Shown: positions 24,050-42,720 of the stretch, piece by piece
Layout: each line of letters begins with the position of its first letter
How positions within the stretch are numbered: position 1 is the first letter of the stretch
Assembly (NCBI RefSeq): GCF_006345805.1
Contig: NC_043023.1
Location: forward strand, 11,532,001 to 11,596,000
Reading direction: 5' to 3'
DNA length: 64,000 nt
DNA from: Octopus sinensis
Lineage: Eukaryota
Notes under the pieces: model-generated
Seen by the model: the letters and a program-made list of their open reading frames with translations, nothing else
What the model was told of the DNA's origin: nothing
The model's database searches: none
Position numbers and translations under genes: made by a program

Positions 24050-24355
24050 AGTAACTGGCACTCTATGTTTTAGTTTATCCAATCAACTGAATAGTCTGCT
24101 CATGGAATTAACATGCAAATGGCTGAGCGCTCCACAGACATGGGGACCCTTAACATAGTCCTCAGGGAGGCACAGCATGACACGGATAGTGAGAAGACTG
24201 GCCCTTTGAATTACAGGTGAAACTCATTTTTGACACCTGAGTGGACTGATGCAAAGTGAAATAAAATGGCTTGGAGACTCATTGCACCACTGTGTATCAA
24301 ACTCACAACTTTACAATTGTGAGTGAAATACCCTAACCACTAAGCCATGCCACTT
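24050..24355 (-). mobile_element. Old tRNA-head SINE in the ancestral ZNF intron
   Basis: Minus strand TGGCTTAGTGG / GTGAGTTTGATAC boxes; paralogous copy at 35940-36255 in the same position relative to unit 5. Confidence 0.55.
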
Positions 24356-25021
24356 CACAGGTGAAACAAGTGAAAAGAGAGAAGAGAAAGAAAACAGATA
24401 AATAATTAGAGAAATGTTGAAGCGATTCATCTATATACAGAATGTTGTAACAGATTCAATGCCTCAATGGATTCTGCCCCATGCAAACGTAGATATTAAA
24501 TGGATGACAATTGATGTCGTAAAATTGCATTACTCTGTTGTTTAACTATCCACTTTATCTTACTGCCTCTTTTCTTATTTCAGGACATCACATCGTGTCG
24601 GCATAAAAGAAATTTCTTCATTCAGATGCGCCTCTGATGTTTTTATTGACTTTCCTTGACTGAAGGATGTCCACGTATTAACAAGAAACATTCATCAATA
24701 CATCAAACTCTTAATATAAATTTGATCTTCGACAAATGATGGGAAAAATTTCTGGACATTGTATTTCACAACAACATTGTTTTACTTCACTGTCTAGAAT
24801 GTAGAGGAGATTATCAATTAACAGTTAATTAACGTTGGATAACTTTACAAAAGATTTGACAGTTTTCATTTTCTACTTTAGATATTGAGTAAAATCAAAA
24901 ACGAAAGAAACATAACATTAAATTATTCTCTAGAAATAGTGACACAACTAAACACTAACATCCACAGAATTTTGAAAAACACATTATTATTGTGATATTT
25001 GTGACAGATTATTCTCTCGTA

Positions 25022-26146
<1,125 letters not shown>

Positions 26147-26218
26147 TATCTGTGGTAAACCATTCTCGGCAAATGGCCTTTTAAGTACACGTGATTATTC
26201 ATACACAAGCGTAACATT

Positions 26219-26449
26219 ATGAAAATGGAAATCTATTACAACAGGACAACAATTATGAATATTTTGTCTGCTAAAAGACGGGGTTTATTCCTCTTCAAGC
26301 TTGACATTATCAACTTCAGTTTGTTGGATGTCAACATGAAATTCATGAATCACAACTTCAATATCATTTATATATCTAAATATATCAACACAGAGATGAC
26401 TTTGGTTTCTGAAGATGATTGTGCTGGACTTTTGAGGAATTTGTTATGA
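26219..26449 (+). other. Conserved downstream ORF (76 aa) after unit 4
   Basis: Homologous to 4597..4818. Confidence 0.35.
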
Positions 26450-26663
26450 GAGAATAAAGGAATGGGAATAAGGAATAAAAGTTTTGAGTGACATTGATTT
26501 TGTCTTTGTTGTGCTTTCATCATCATCTTCATCATACTTTACCATCCATTTTCTTTGCAGGCTTGGGTGGGAAAGTGTGACAGGTGATGAGAGTTGTTAA
26601 ATCCATATATACTTCCTTGGTTATTCTTCTGCAATAATCCATGATATTCATATGTAAAATCCA

Positions 26664-29476
26664 TTGTATTATCTTGTATTCCAAATCGAGGTAGTCAGAG
26701 TAAGTGACAGAGTAATTAAAATTAGATTAGTGATTCACCATAGGACAGCTACCATCATCTCGGCATATGCCCCTCAACCAGGACTACCGGAAGGACAAAA
26801 AGACCAATTCTATGACACCCTATTGCGGACTACCTCGTTGACAAATGACAGTGACCATCTCTTCGTGGCAGGTGATTTCAATGGACATGTTGGACGGCAT
26901 GTCGGGGGCTTCCATGGCGTCCATGGAGGCTACGGTTTTGGCTCTCGTAATGAGGAGGGACCCAGGCTGCTGGAGTTCTGCGATGCAAATGACCTTATGG
27001 TCTGCAATACCAACTTCAGGAAACCCACCTCTCACCTAGTCACCTACCGTTTTGGCAGACACACCAGCCAGATTGACTACATCCTTGCCAGAAAAAGTGA
27101 AAGAGGGCTGATTATTATAAATGTCAAAACCTTTCCAGGCGAAGAATGTACTCCTCAACATAGATTAGTAGTTAGCGACTTCAGGATCAGAGCTAAATGG
27201 TTGCCCAGAAGACCAGCTTGGAGGAGAAGGGTCTGGAAGCTTAAAGATCCTGCAAATGGACAGAGATTTAGAGACATACTACTCGAAGCCTCTGACGAAA
27301 TAGAAGGGGATATAGCTTCACTTAATGTGGAAGACAACTGGAGATTTCTACGGGACAATCTGCTGACAGCCACTGACCAGATCTGTGGATGGAGCAAAGT
27401 ACCATCTCGACCCAGAGTAACATGGTGGTGGAACACTGTGGTTGACAGGGCTATTAGACAAAAGAGACAGGCTTGGAAGGACTGGAAGAACGGTGGTAGC
27501 AGGGAATTGTATCAGACAGCCAGAAGGGAAGCTAGGAGACAGGTTTATTTAGCCAGAGGGGAAGCGGATAAGAAAAAATTTGCCAATGTTCTGAGCCGTG
27601 AGGATGAAAGACTTGAGGTATTTCGTGTTGCAAGACAGTGTGTGAGAGAGAATCGTGATGTGGTAGGAGAGAAGTGTGTTCGCATGGATGATGGTTCACT
27701 TGCGCTAAATGAGGATGCAAAGAGAGAGGTTTGGAGATGCCACTATGAAAGATTGCTGAATAAAGAAAATGAATGGGATATAGAGAGTCTGCCGAATGTT
27801 GACCCAACAGAGGGACCAGCTATCCGAGTTGATAGTTCCGTGGTAGCTAAGGCAATTAGAAGCATGAAGACAGGGAAAGCCCCAGGCCCATCAGGAATTA
27901 CTGCAGAGATGCTCAAAATATCTGGCAGTGTCGGCTATAACCTAGTCACCCGTATAGTCAACCAGGTGATACACGAAGGAGTCATACCCAATGACTGGTG
28001 TAGCAGCATACTAGTCAACTGCTACAAAGGTAAAGGTGATGCCCTAGATACAAATAATTACAGAGGTATCAAGCTGTTGGATCAGGTAATGAAGGTTACG
28101 GAGAGGGTCATAGCCCAACTAATTAGAGAGAGAGTTAGTTTAGATGAGATGCAGTTTGGGTTCGTGCCAGGGAAAAGCACCACTGATGCTATATTCCTGG
28201 TAAGGCAGCTGCAGGAGAAATACCTAGCTAAAGATAAGCCCCTGTACCTGGCTTTCGTTGACATGGAGAAAGCCTTTGATAGGGTCCCCCGATCCCTCAT
28301 CTGGTGGTCAATGAGGAAACTAGGGATAGATGAATGGCTGGTGAGGGCTGTGCAAGCCATGTACAGAGATGCCGTAAGTAAGGTTAGGGTTGGCAACATG
28401 TACAGAGAAGAATTTAAAGTAGAGGTTGGGGTCCACCAGGGTTCAGTACTCAGCCCCCTCCTATTTATCATAGTCCTCCAGGCAATTGTGGAGGAATTCA
28501 AGACAGGTTGCCCCTGGGAGCTCCTCTATGCTGACGACCTCGCTCTAATTGCTGAGTCACTATCAGAACTGGAGGAGAAGTTCCAGGTGTGGAAGGAGGG
28601 TTTAGAATCGAGGGGCCTTAGAGTCAACCTAGCTAAAACCAAAGTACTAATAAGTAGAAAGGTAGACGATCCACAAATGTCCTCAGGAAGATGGCCCTGC
28701 TCGATCTGTAGAAAAGGTGTAGGTAGAAACTATATAAGATGTACCCAGTGTAAGCTATGGATACATAAGAGGTGCAGCAATGTCAAAGGTAGGCTAACTG
28801 GGAAGATAGTTTTTGTATGTGGCAGATGCTCGGGAGCATTGACCTCTGAAAATCTGCAGAAAACAACTTCCGTCACTTTCCAGGGGGAAAAACTAGAAGT
28901 AGTTGATAGCTTCCGTTATCTAGGTGACCAAGTCAGTAGTGGGGGTGGGTGCACTGAGAGTGTAACTGCTAGAATAAGAATAGCCTGGGCAAAGTTTAGG
29001 GAGCTCTTACCTCTGCTGGTGACTAAAGGCCTCTTGCTCAGAGTAAAAGGCAGACTGTATGATGCATGTGTACGAACTGCTACATGGCAGTGAAACATGG
29101 GCCGTGACTGCTGAGGACATGCGTAAGCTCATGAGGAATGAAGCCAGTATGCTCCGATGGATGTGTAATGTCAGTGTACTTACTCGACAGAGCGTTAGTT
29201 CCTTGAGAGAAATGTTGTACCAAAAAAAGCATCAGTTGTGGTGTGCAAGAGAGACGATTGCGCTGGTATGGTCATGTGGCGAGAATGGATGAAGATAGGT
29301 GTGTGAGAAAGTGCCAATCCCTAGCAGTTGAGGGAACCCGTGGAAGAGGTAGACCCAGGAAAACCTGGGACGGGGTGGTGAAGCACGACCTTCGAACGTT
29401 AGGTCTCACCATGGAAATGACTAGAGACCGAGACCTATGGAAGTATGCTGTGTGTGAGAAGACCCGGCAAGACTAG
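26664..29476 (+). pseudogene. RTE ORF (APE-RT-PHD-like), open for about 800 codons then two frameshifts
   Basis: ORF 26664..29093; apparent 5-nt loss near 29080 and an extra A in the A7 run near 29225; continuation in ORFs 29059..29292 and 29243..29476. Confidence 0.85.
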
Positions 29477-30160
29477 TGAAGCCATAACCCATGGCCCCTA
29501 CCTGGGACGTAGTCAGTCCACCTGTGCATACCTTCCTTCTTGTGACACTTGTGAAGACCTGTTGAGGCAAGTGAAAATCAAATCAAATCAAATCAAACCA
29601 AATCAAAATAGATGAACATCAATGGAATTTGTATCCTTGTGGTTCCAGTGCCGGTGGCACATAAGAAAACCATCCGAACATGGCCGTAGCCAGTACCACA
29701 ACGACTGGCCACCGTACTGTGGGCACGTACCAAACACCATCCGAGCGTGGCCGTCTGCCAGCCTCGTCTGGGACCTGTGTCGGTGGCACATAAAAAACAC
29801 CATCCGAGCGTGGCTGTCTGCCAGCCTCGTCTGGGACCTGTGTCGGTGGCACATAAAAAACACCATCCAAGCGTGGCCGTCTGCCAGCCTCGTCTGGGAC
29901 CTGTGTCGGTGGCACATAAAAAACACCATCCGAGCGTGGCCGTCTGCCAGCCTCGTCTGGCACCTGTGTCGGTGGCACATAAAATCACCCACTACACTCT
30001 CGGAGTGGTTGGCGTTAGGAAGGGCATCCAGCTGTAGAAACACTGCCAGATCTGACTGGCCTGGTGCAGCCTTCGGGCTTGCCAGACCCCAGTTGAACCG
30101 TCCAACCCATGCTAGCATGGAAAGCGGACGTTAAACGATGATGATGATGATGATGATGAT
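26685..30160 (+). mobile_element. RTE-clade non-LTR retrotransposon, 5'-truncated within the endonuclease
   Basis: APE motifs AYAPQ, GDFNGHVG, QIDYIL, QHRLVV; RT motifs FVDMEKAFDRVP, GVHQGSVLSPLLF, YADD (28527-28538); LHGSETW C-terminus; ~680-bp 3'UTR ending in (GAT)n; no TSD found. Confidence 0.95.
29738..29985 (+). repeat. 63-bp minisatellite x4 in the LINE 3'UTR
   Basis: Unit starts at 29738, 29801, 29864 and 29927. Confidence 0.95.
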
Positions 30161-30181
30161 AGTTAGTTTAGAAATGTGAAA

Positions 30182-30428
30182 TTTGGTGCCTTATAATTTA
30201 ACACACACACCGGTAAAATTTCCACTTATTTCTTTTTTATTTTTCTAAAATTTTCATTGTGTCTCGCAACCTTTTAAATAGTTTTGACTCCATATTGGTG
30301 TAAAGGCTTACCACTGAAATAGTCAAAACTATTGAAAAGGTTGCAAGACGCAACGAAAATTTTAGAAAGTTAAAAAAGGAATAAGTGGAAATTTTACCAG
30401 TGAGTGTGTTAAATCATAAGGCACCAAA
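30182..30428. mobile_element. Palindromic foldback MITE
   Basis: TTTGGTGCCTTATAATTTAACAC... and ...GTGTTAAATCATAAGGCACCAAA form ~100-bp arms; half copies at about 37515-37640 and 62275-62420. Confidence 0.8.
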
Positions 30429-30781
30429 AGAGGATGACTCTCCCCTGACAACAGAATATGGTTCAACACACAAACTCACATAAAGAATTTTGCAAACCAA
30501 ACCCAAAATATATATATGTATATATATATATATATATATTTATACATATACTGGAGTAAAGACATAAATGTGAAACAAGGTGGAAAAAGGAGTACTCCAA
30601 TACCAGAGGTAGAGTAATATGCTTTATTTAAAAAAGCAGAAATTTAACAAAAGCTGTTACTCGGAGTAATATATATATATATTGGTAAAAACGGTAAGAT
30701 AACAAGAGAAAGAAAGAGGCCTCAATATTATGTAAATAGAGGAATTATCTGTAAAATAATTGTCACATATTACATTTACAG

Positions 30782-31082
<301 letters not shown>

Positions 31083-31246
31083 AGGTGTAGGAGTGGATGT
31101 GTGGTAAGAAGTTTGCTTCTCAACCACATGGTTCCAGGTTCAGTTCCACTGCGTGACACCTTGGACAAGTGTCTTTTACTATAGCCACATGCTGACCAAA
31201 GCTGTGTAAGTGGATTTGTTAGATGGAAACTGAAAGTAGTCCATCG

Positions 31247-31250
<4 letters not shown>
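31083..31250 (+). mobile_element. SINE family A, 5' half
   Basis: Head and body match; truncated at a (TA)n run. Confidence 0.75.
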
Positions 31251-31286
<36 letters not shown>

Positions 31287-31869
31287 TAGATAGATGTGTA
31301 AATATATAGGATGGCAAATATATTTTTAAATTTCACCACCAGTGGCCTAGCATGTATAAAAGTCAATAAACAGCATATTCTTAATATAAAATTGTGTATA
31401 TTTGAACACAAGAGAAAACTACCTTCAATGGGTAATTTTTATATGCTAGAAGAAGTAGTTAGAATGACCAAAACCACATTGCTCTTAAGTGTGGTTTTGG
31501 TCGTTTTGACTGCTTCTTTCCCAAGAAGGAAAGGTATGCATAAGTGGACTGGCTACATCCCATGTAGAGGCCACGGGTTATGGTCTCACTTGTCCACCTC
31601 CCTTACAAATAATCTTTTTTTTCCTCAGGAACTATTAGACCTGACACAATGTATTAGCCGGTGTTGTTCAAACGATGAATAATTTTGCGTAAATCATGGT
31701 TCGTTTTGTTCTCTTACTTTATTATCATCTTATAATCATCTCATAATAATGACTTTTATGACTCTTATTACCACCTCAGTCAATCTAAATGTATATATTT
31801 GTCGTTACCTGTCATAAATACCCTTACATTTCTACGTGTATTTCATATTTTCTTTTTGTAACATATTTC

Positions 31870-31992
<123 letters not shown>

Positions 31993-33226
31993 AAATGAGA
32001 AAATAACCAAATTTTCTCAATTTAATAATTAAAAATTAAATTATACCATTTAGAAAAATTACATATTATAGAAAGATTAAATATAAGATAAAACATATAA
32101 AATTGATTAAGTAATGTGCAAAATAATAAATAAATAAAACGTATATATTCGGTAAAATAACGACACGTGTTTCGTGGCCATATTTAAGAAATGATAATAA
32201 TAAAAATAATAGTAGTAGAATCACTTCAATAGAAATATAGCCACTCTTCAGGTTAAAGATAAAAACAATAATAGATAAATTAATAAATATACATAAATAA
32301 TCATGTAAAGTACGAAATATCTTAAATATATTCTTGTTTAAAAAATAAGATACAATTAATTAAAATATTTAAAATAAATATATATATATATCGTATCTAT
32401 AAAAGGGAGGATGTGTGTGTGTGTGTGTACATGATTGTAATTTATGCACATCCACAAATTAGCACGCATGTGTCTCTAATTTTAGGAGGACATTTGTCAA
32501 CATCTTATCTGGGTTTTGTCAACTTATTTTCTTCCCGAAGCACCTGCGGATAGGGTAAAAATCTATTTTTCAACCATTGCTTTTAACCATAACAAATATC
32601 ATCTAACAAAATAAATAAGATGAAGAAAAGTGGAAGAAGGAGGCAGAGAGTTTCACGGGAAAGACAAAGTGAGAGAGGGAGAGAGAGAGAGAGAAAGTTA
32701 TGACGTTCATAAAAAATAAAATGTAAAATGTTTTTGTTTTTGAAAGGCACACTATATTTTATAATCATAGTATATATACTTTCTCACACAACAATTACAA
32801 TATATTTATTTTAAATCGTTCATCTTTTTCCCCTTCTCTCTCTCACACACATTACTTTGGGTGCGAAAGAATTTGTTTTTATTTTACACCGAGTAAAAAA
32901 GGGTTTTGTTGACAATCCATTTATTTAACAACAAAGAGGTGAGTAACAATTTGTCAGTTAATTATACAATATAAATGGGTACAATTTGCGAGGCTTCCAC
33001 CACACCCCACTCCGTTTAATGGACCACAAAAAGGGTTTTGAGGCCAGAGTATTTGATTCCATGCAAATAAAAAAAACGATTTTTTTTCTTAGTGAAAATC
33101 GTGCAAGTGTTAATCTACAAATTTAACATTTTTTCCATTCATTTCTGTTTATGAACATGTATGCGTGCATAAAACATGCAATAGGTGTACGTACGTACGT
33201 GTGTGTATGTGTGTTCATGTCTGTTG

Positions 33227-33264
<38 letters not shown>

Positions 33265-33386
33265 CTAATTTTAACGGATTTCACCCAAATTTGACTTCTA
33301 TATTACTTAGTTTTGTTTGAAATAAAGAACTTCATTACCTTAATAATTGTAACTTAATTGTAACAGAATTATTAACCACAGATATC

Positions 33387-35311
<1,925 letters not shown>

Positions 35312-36425
35312 AATATCACAATAATAGTGTGTTTTTCCAAATTCTGTGGATGTTAGTGTTTAGTTGTGTCACTATTTCCAGAGAATAATTTAATGTTATG
35401 TTTCTTTCATTTGTTATTTTACTCAATGTCTAAAATAGAAAATGAAAACTGTCAAATCTTTTGTAAAGTTATCCAACGTTAAATTAACCTGTTAATTGAT
35501 AATCTCCTCTACATTCCAGACAGTGAAGAAAAACAATGTTGTTGAGAAATACAATGTCAAGAAATTTTTTCCTATCAAATTTATATTAAGAGTTTGAAGT
35601 ATTGATGAATGTTTCTTGTTAATACGTGGACATCCTTCAGTCAAGGAAAGTCAATAAAAACATCAGAGGCACATCTGAATGAAGAAATTTCTTTTATGTC
35701 GACATGATGTGATATTCTGAAATAGGAAAAGAGGCAGTAAGATAAAGTGGATAGTTAAACAACAGAGTAATTCAATTTTACGACATCAATTGTCATCCAT
35801 TTAATATCTACGTTTGCATGGGTCAGAATCCATTGAGGCATTGAAACTTTTACAACATTCTGTATATAGATGAATCGCTTCCACATTTCTCTCTAATTAT
35901 TTATCTGTTTTCTTTCTCTTCTCTCCTTTCACTTGTTTCACCTGTGAAGTGGCATGGCTTAGTGGTTAGGTATTTCACTCACAATTGTAAAGTTGTGAGT
36001 TTGATACACAGTGGTGCAATGAGTCTCCAAACCAATTTATTTCACTTCACATCAGTCCACTCAGGTGTCAAAAATGAGTTTCACCTGTAATTCAAAGGGC
36101 CAGTCTTCTCAGCATCCATGTCATGCTGTGCCTCCCTGAAGACTATATCAAGGGTCCCCATGTCTGTGGAATACTCAGCCATTTGCATGTTAATTCCATG
36201 AGCAGGCTTTTCAGTTGAATGGCTAAACTAAAACACAGAGTGTCAGTTACTGTGGCCATGCTGGAGTACTTCTTTTATAGATTTCATTTAAAAATACCAA
36301 TTTTTAAGAAAGTGACGAGGAAACAAAGTTGGTGGGGTACATTTAAGTACTTACCCCAGACGGATTTGTAGGTATTCTATCAGAATTAATTAGGCAAGTT
36401 TCCTCTTATTGGGCAGTAATTAAAT

Positions 36426-36836
36426 GGGATCTTTTCCTTTTGAAGGCCTAAATTATTTAATTGTCACACGTGTAAAAAAACCCAAAAGCAATGGAAAGTG
36501 ATTTAAACGATTAACAATCAAAATAATTCTATAAACAATTAAATTAATCTAACAATTAAGAAAAAAAAAATTAGGGTTAGGGTGGAGGTTTAGGGTTAGT
36601 TACAGGATGTTGTCTCAGTTTTAGACGCAGCAAAAGATTTTAGCTCAAAAGAGAGCAAAGGATTGGTTAAAATTTGAAAAATTAAACTACGTTAAACAAA
36701 CAAATTACAATTTTCTCAAGAAAGCTAAGAGAAAAAAATATTTTATTTTGACACATTCTACCAGTATACGAAGTTTTAAAGTGTTTAGTTAACTAGAAAT
36801 TGTGTTGAAATCTGGCATTCAAAAGGAAAAGATCCC
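36426..36836. mobile_element. MITE, GGATC-TIR family variant
   Basis: GGGATCTTTTCCTTTTGAA ... TTCAAAAGGAAAAGATCCC; internal TTAGGG repeats. Confidence 0.75.
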
Positions 36837-36914
36837 AATAGAATTACACCTCCCAACCAAATTACAGGCCTTATGCCTTAAGTAAAAAGGCTTATCATCA
36901 TCATCATCGTCGTT

Positions 36915-37470
36915 TGTCACAGAGGGGACAAACAAGGACAAACGGATTAAGTCGATTACAATTGACCCCAGTGCGTAACTGGTCCTTAATTTATCGACCC
37001 CGAAAGGATGAAAGGCAAAGTCAACCTCGGCGTAATTTGAACTCAGAACGTAGCGGCCGACAAAATACCGCTAGGCATTTCGCCCAGCGTGGTAACGTTT
37101 CTGCCAGCTCGCCGCCTTGGGGTCTATATATCTACTTCTCGCTCACATGAAGGTTGCTGGCCCTGGGTCAAAATTTGAAATTTTTATCTGTTTCTTTATA
37201 ACCCACAAAGGGGCTAAACATATAGGGGACAAACAAGGAGAGACTAGGTATTAAGTCGATTACATGGACCCAGTTCGTAACTGGTACTTAATTTATCGAC
37301 CCCGAAAGGATGAAAGGCAAAGTCGACCTCGGCGGAATTTGAACCTAGAACGTAACGGCACACGAAATATCTATTTCTTTACTACCCACAAGAGGTTTAA
37401 ACATAGAGGGGACAAACGGATTAAGTCGATTACATCGACCCAGTTCGTAACTGGTACTTAATTTATCGAC
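36915..37470 (-). mobile_element. SINE family B copies (36915-37116 plus tandem partial copies to 37470)
   Basis: Reverse complement of 51806-52012. Confidence 0.8.
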
Positions 37471-37639
37471 TGCACAAACAAACAAAAGGGACACAGTGTA
37501 AATAACGGACAGAGCTATTGAAAAGGTTGCAAGACGAAACGAAAATTTTAGGGAAACAAAAATAAGAATAAGTGGAAATTTTATCGGTGAGTGTGTTAAA
37601 TAATAAGGCACTAAAAGAGGATGACTCTTCCCAGACACA

Positions 37640-38200
37640 ACAGAATTAATTAATGTGGTAGTCTTCAACCGTTCTCCTCACCTTTTACTAATTAATCATG
37701 CCACATTACTTTCATTTTACCAATTAATTTACTTTATATCACATATAAAAGTCGATTGTAGGTTTTCCTAAACAACAGATCAACATTTCAGTTAATTATT
37801 AATTAAGACGAGCAAATTATATTTTCCTAATTGTTGTCAGGTTCCCGCTTCGAAAAATAATTACTGTAACTTCGAGAGGGTTACATAAATCTATTCTTTA
37901 CATTATCATTATTAGCATTATTATCACCGTTACAGCCTAAAAGTACATTTTTGTCAACTTACTGTATTCAGACATAAATAGCGAGTCAACGATCAGTAAT
38001 TAAGCACCTTAATTAATAATTTAATTGGAGGTGGCAAAGTGGAGTCGAAGTTATTTCCCTTTATAAAGTTGTATTTCTTCAATTCTCCAATAGATGGCTG
38101 TACTGACTGGTCCGATTCGTTCCAGTTTTTTATCTTAATCCCAATTTCTTCAAATTTTGATCAGATTATTTTAAGAAAGTGTACTCATATATTCTGCTAT
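37640..38200 (-). promoter_or_regulatory. Upstream module copy (unit 5)
   Basis: Inverted homolog of the module; donor GAATACA|GTAAGT (GT at 37962). Confidence 0.55.
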
Positions 38201-38209
38201 AAAACTCTC

Positions 38210-38825
38210 GGTACTACTAGCGAAGACTGGAACCGGTGTGCGCCCACGCATGTCCGCGCTAGCTAGTCGTAAGTAGTCGATCCTACAACGACTTGCAAAT
38301 GAGTTGAAGACAACCAATGGGTCTAATTAATGATCAGGACAAGAGGTAGGTGGGGCGTTTAGTGTAAATAAACAAACAAGAAAACATCAAAACAAAACAC
38401 ACACACACATATTATATATATATACGATGATGATGATGATGATGATACCTGAATGCTGTCCCTATTATGGATGATGTCCAAAAACTAAAAACTAGTGAAA
38501 GAATATATCACACATAAACACATATATAATATTTACTTGTATCGGTGTATATATACACACACCCCACACACGATTAAAAACTAAAGAATATGAAAACTAA
38601 AGAATATATCTCACACATTTTATTTGATTTGTGTAAAAAAATCATATACATTGTTCTAAGAAATAATTTATTTACTTACTTTAAAAAGTTCTTTTATTTT
38701 ATTCTGTAAAATCAACTCATTTGCATACGCGCAAGTCGTTGTAGGATCAACTACTTACGACTAGCTAGCGTGGACACGCGACTGCGTGTGTGCGCGCACA
38801 GGGACCAGTCTTCGCTAGTAGTACC
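38210..38825. mobile_element. Mutator-like MITE, same termini as 21737-22117
   Basis: GGTACTACTAGCGAAGACTGG TIRs of about 90-100 bp; flanking TAAAACTCT(C/A) duplication at 38200-38209 and 38826-38835. Confidence 0.8.
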
Positions 38826-40489
38826 TAAAACTCTACCAGGTACGGATCATTTCGGTTTGAACGGCAGTTGGTACTAGTCGCGTAGACTGGACCCGGTGTG
38901 CGCATCCGCGCTAGCCAGTCGTAGGTAGTCGATCCTACAGCGACTTGCGTATGCAAATGATCTGATTTGCGCAACATTGCAAAACCTAAGTTAATAGCGA
39001 GCCCTTACTGGAGCTTAGGAAATATTTTTCAACGATATACGGTGTATATTATTTTAAAAACAATTGCGTTTTTTTTCGTTACAAAACAATTAGAAGCATT
39101 GAAAAAAAAGCAAAACAACCTTAAGGACAGTCAAACATTTTTTTTTTTCAAAGTAGACCATTCCCTTGTGTTTTCATCCCGTCGCAGACCCTGGAAGAAA
39201 CACGCCGTCTTTAGCCTGTGACGTCATGTCCCACTTGGGGTCATTTCCTGTCGCCAACCCCTCTCCTTTCCCACCATACACCGACTTCAGCTTTATATAT
39301 ATAGATAATTCTAATTTTTTTTATGTTTTTGCATCTCTCTTCCCTTGCCTACACACTCTACGGCCACGAAGTTGGTCTGCTTGGTGGGAGGCGATTTAGT
39401 CTACTCTACTGCAGATCACACAACTTCGCCACCACAAACATAAATATCTTCATTGTTTAATTCCTGAGCAAGTGTCAAGTTATCTATTTAATAGTTTCTC
39501 CCATTTTCCGAAGTCGCTGGTCAAATAACTTTTCACCCATCACAGGAATTTTAGTACCAGAGGAACTGTTTTTACTGCCCAGCCACAATGTGTTAAACAA
39601 TTTTCTTTGTCTTCTTATCATTTGTACATATATATATATATGTATATTCGACTGAGGTCTGGTGAACCAGACTCCAATCTGATCTGGCAGAGTTTCTACA
39701 GCTGGTTGGCATTAGGAAGGGCATCCAGCTGTAGAAACTCTGCCAGATCAGATTGGAGTCTGGTTTGCCAGACCTCAGTCAAATCGTCCAACCCATGCTA
39801 GCATGGAAAGTGGACGTTAAATGATGATGATTATTTGGTAGATTTCCATGACTACATTTCTGATGAGGTAGATTACGATGGTAATACTTTTTAGGTGTTT
39901 AGATTACGATTACATACAAATTTGTTGTCACAATTTTTTTCGGAGAAGTTGGAGTCCAGAAGAATTTCGGGTAAATTTTGATAATTTCACCCACAAGATT
40001 TTCATAAAGACAAACAAAAAAACTCAAATTTTTTGCACGGAATCAAGTACCCTGACCTCACAATGTGCTGCAAACTCCTTATTTTTGCTTGGAAAAAGTG
40101 GTGCGGACGCCCCCACCTCGGAATCAATGGAAATATATATTTTTTTCATTGGATGATGATGATGATATATATATATATATGTATACACACACATATATAT
40201 GTGTGTGTGTGTGTGTGTGCATACGTACATATATATTTGAAGCACACAGCATAAACTGTGAACAAGTTAGCATTAGGAGAATACACCCAAAGAAACCCAA
40301 ACAAATCAGATTGGAACCTAGTGCAGCATTATGGTTTGCTAGCTCATGTCACACTGTGCCACGCATGCCAGTAAAAAAATAAAAATTTCACTAAATGATA
40401 ATGATGATAACAGAGACAATGATGAAAACACATAGACAAAATCAACTTCAGTGTAACCTTTTATTCGTTATTCCCTTTTCTTTATTCTC

Positions 40490-42054
<1,565 letters not shown>

Positions 42055-42720
42055 CTATGAATATGTTTGTGTCCATTTGCATCACGATTTTCAGGGAATA
42101 ATTTAATGCTATGTCTCTTTCATCTGTGATCTTACTTAATATCTAAATTAGCAGGTGAAAACTGTCAGGTCCTTCGTAAAGTTATCCAAACTTGTAAAGC
42201 AATCACCTCCTCTACATTCCAGACAGTGAAGACAAGAAAAATATTTCGCTGTTGTTTGTCATATATTATATTTATATAGAAACGTTGATGTATAGATGAA
42301 TGCTCCTTATAAATATATCGTCTTCCTTTAGTTGATGAAAGTCCATAAAAATATCAAAAGTCACATCTGAACGACAAAATTTCCTTTATGTCAACAAGAT
42401 TTGATATTCTGAAATAGAAAAAGAAACAGTAAGGTAAAGAGGATAGTTAAGTGACATAGTAATTCAACATTGTAAATATTACATGAACACTATCAGTCAT
42501 TTAATGTCAATGTTTACAGGGGTCAGAGTTCATTGAGGCGTTGAAACATTGGTATACCCACACAAGTTTACTACACACACTCACCTTTACAACCATTCAG
42601 AAAAATGTTTGATTTAAGACTTCATGTAGCCCGACCGGAATTCCCTTTTCTGGACCAGCTCGCTAGTTAGCCGGCAGTGAAGGTCCCTGTCTTCATGATG
42701 TCTATGATGAGCCCATGGGC

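Noticed and set aside
28082-28501. Minus-strand ORFs within the LINE (also 26820, 27155, 27532, 28916)
   Set aside because: Antisense shadows of the RT ORF.
29738-29985. CRISPR-like repeat array
   Set aside because: Contiguous 63-bp units with no unique spacers, eukaryotic context, no cas genes.
29593-30134. Several ORFs with 21-aa repeats
   Set aside because: Result from the 63-bp minisatellite in the LINE 3'UTR; open in many frames.
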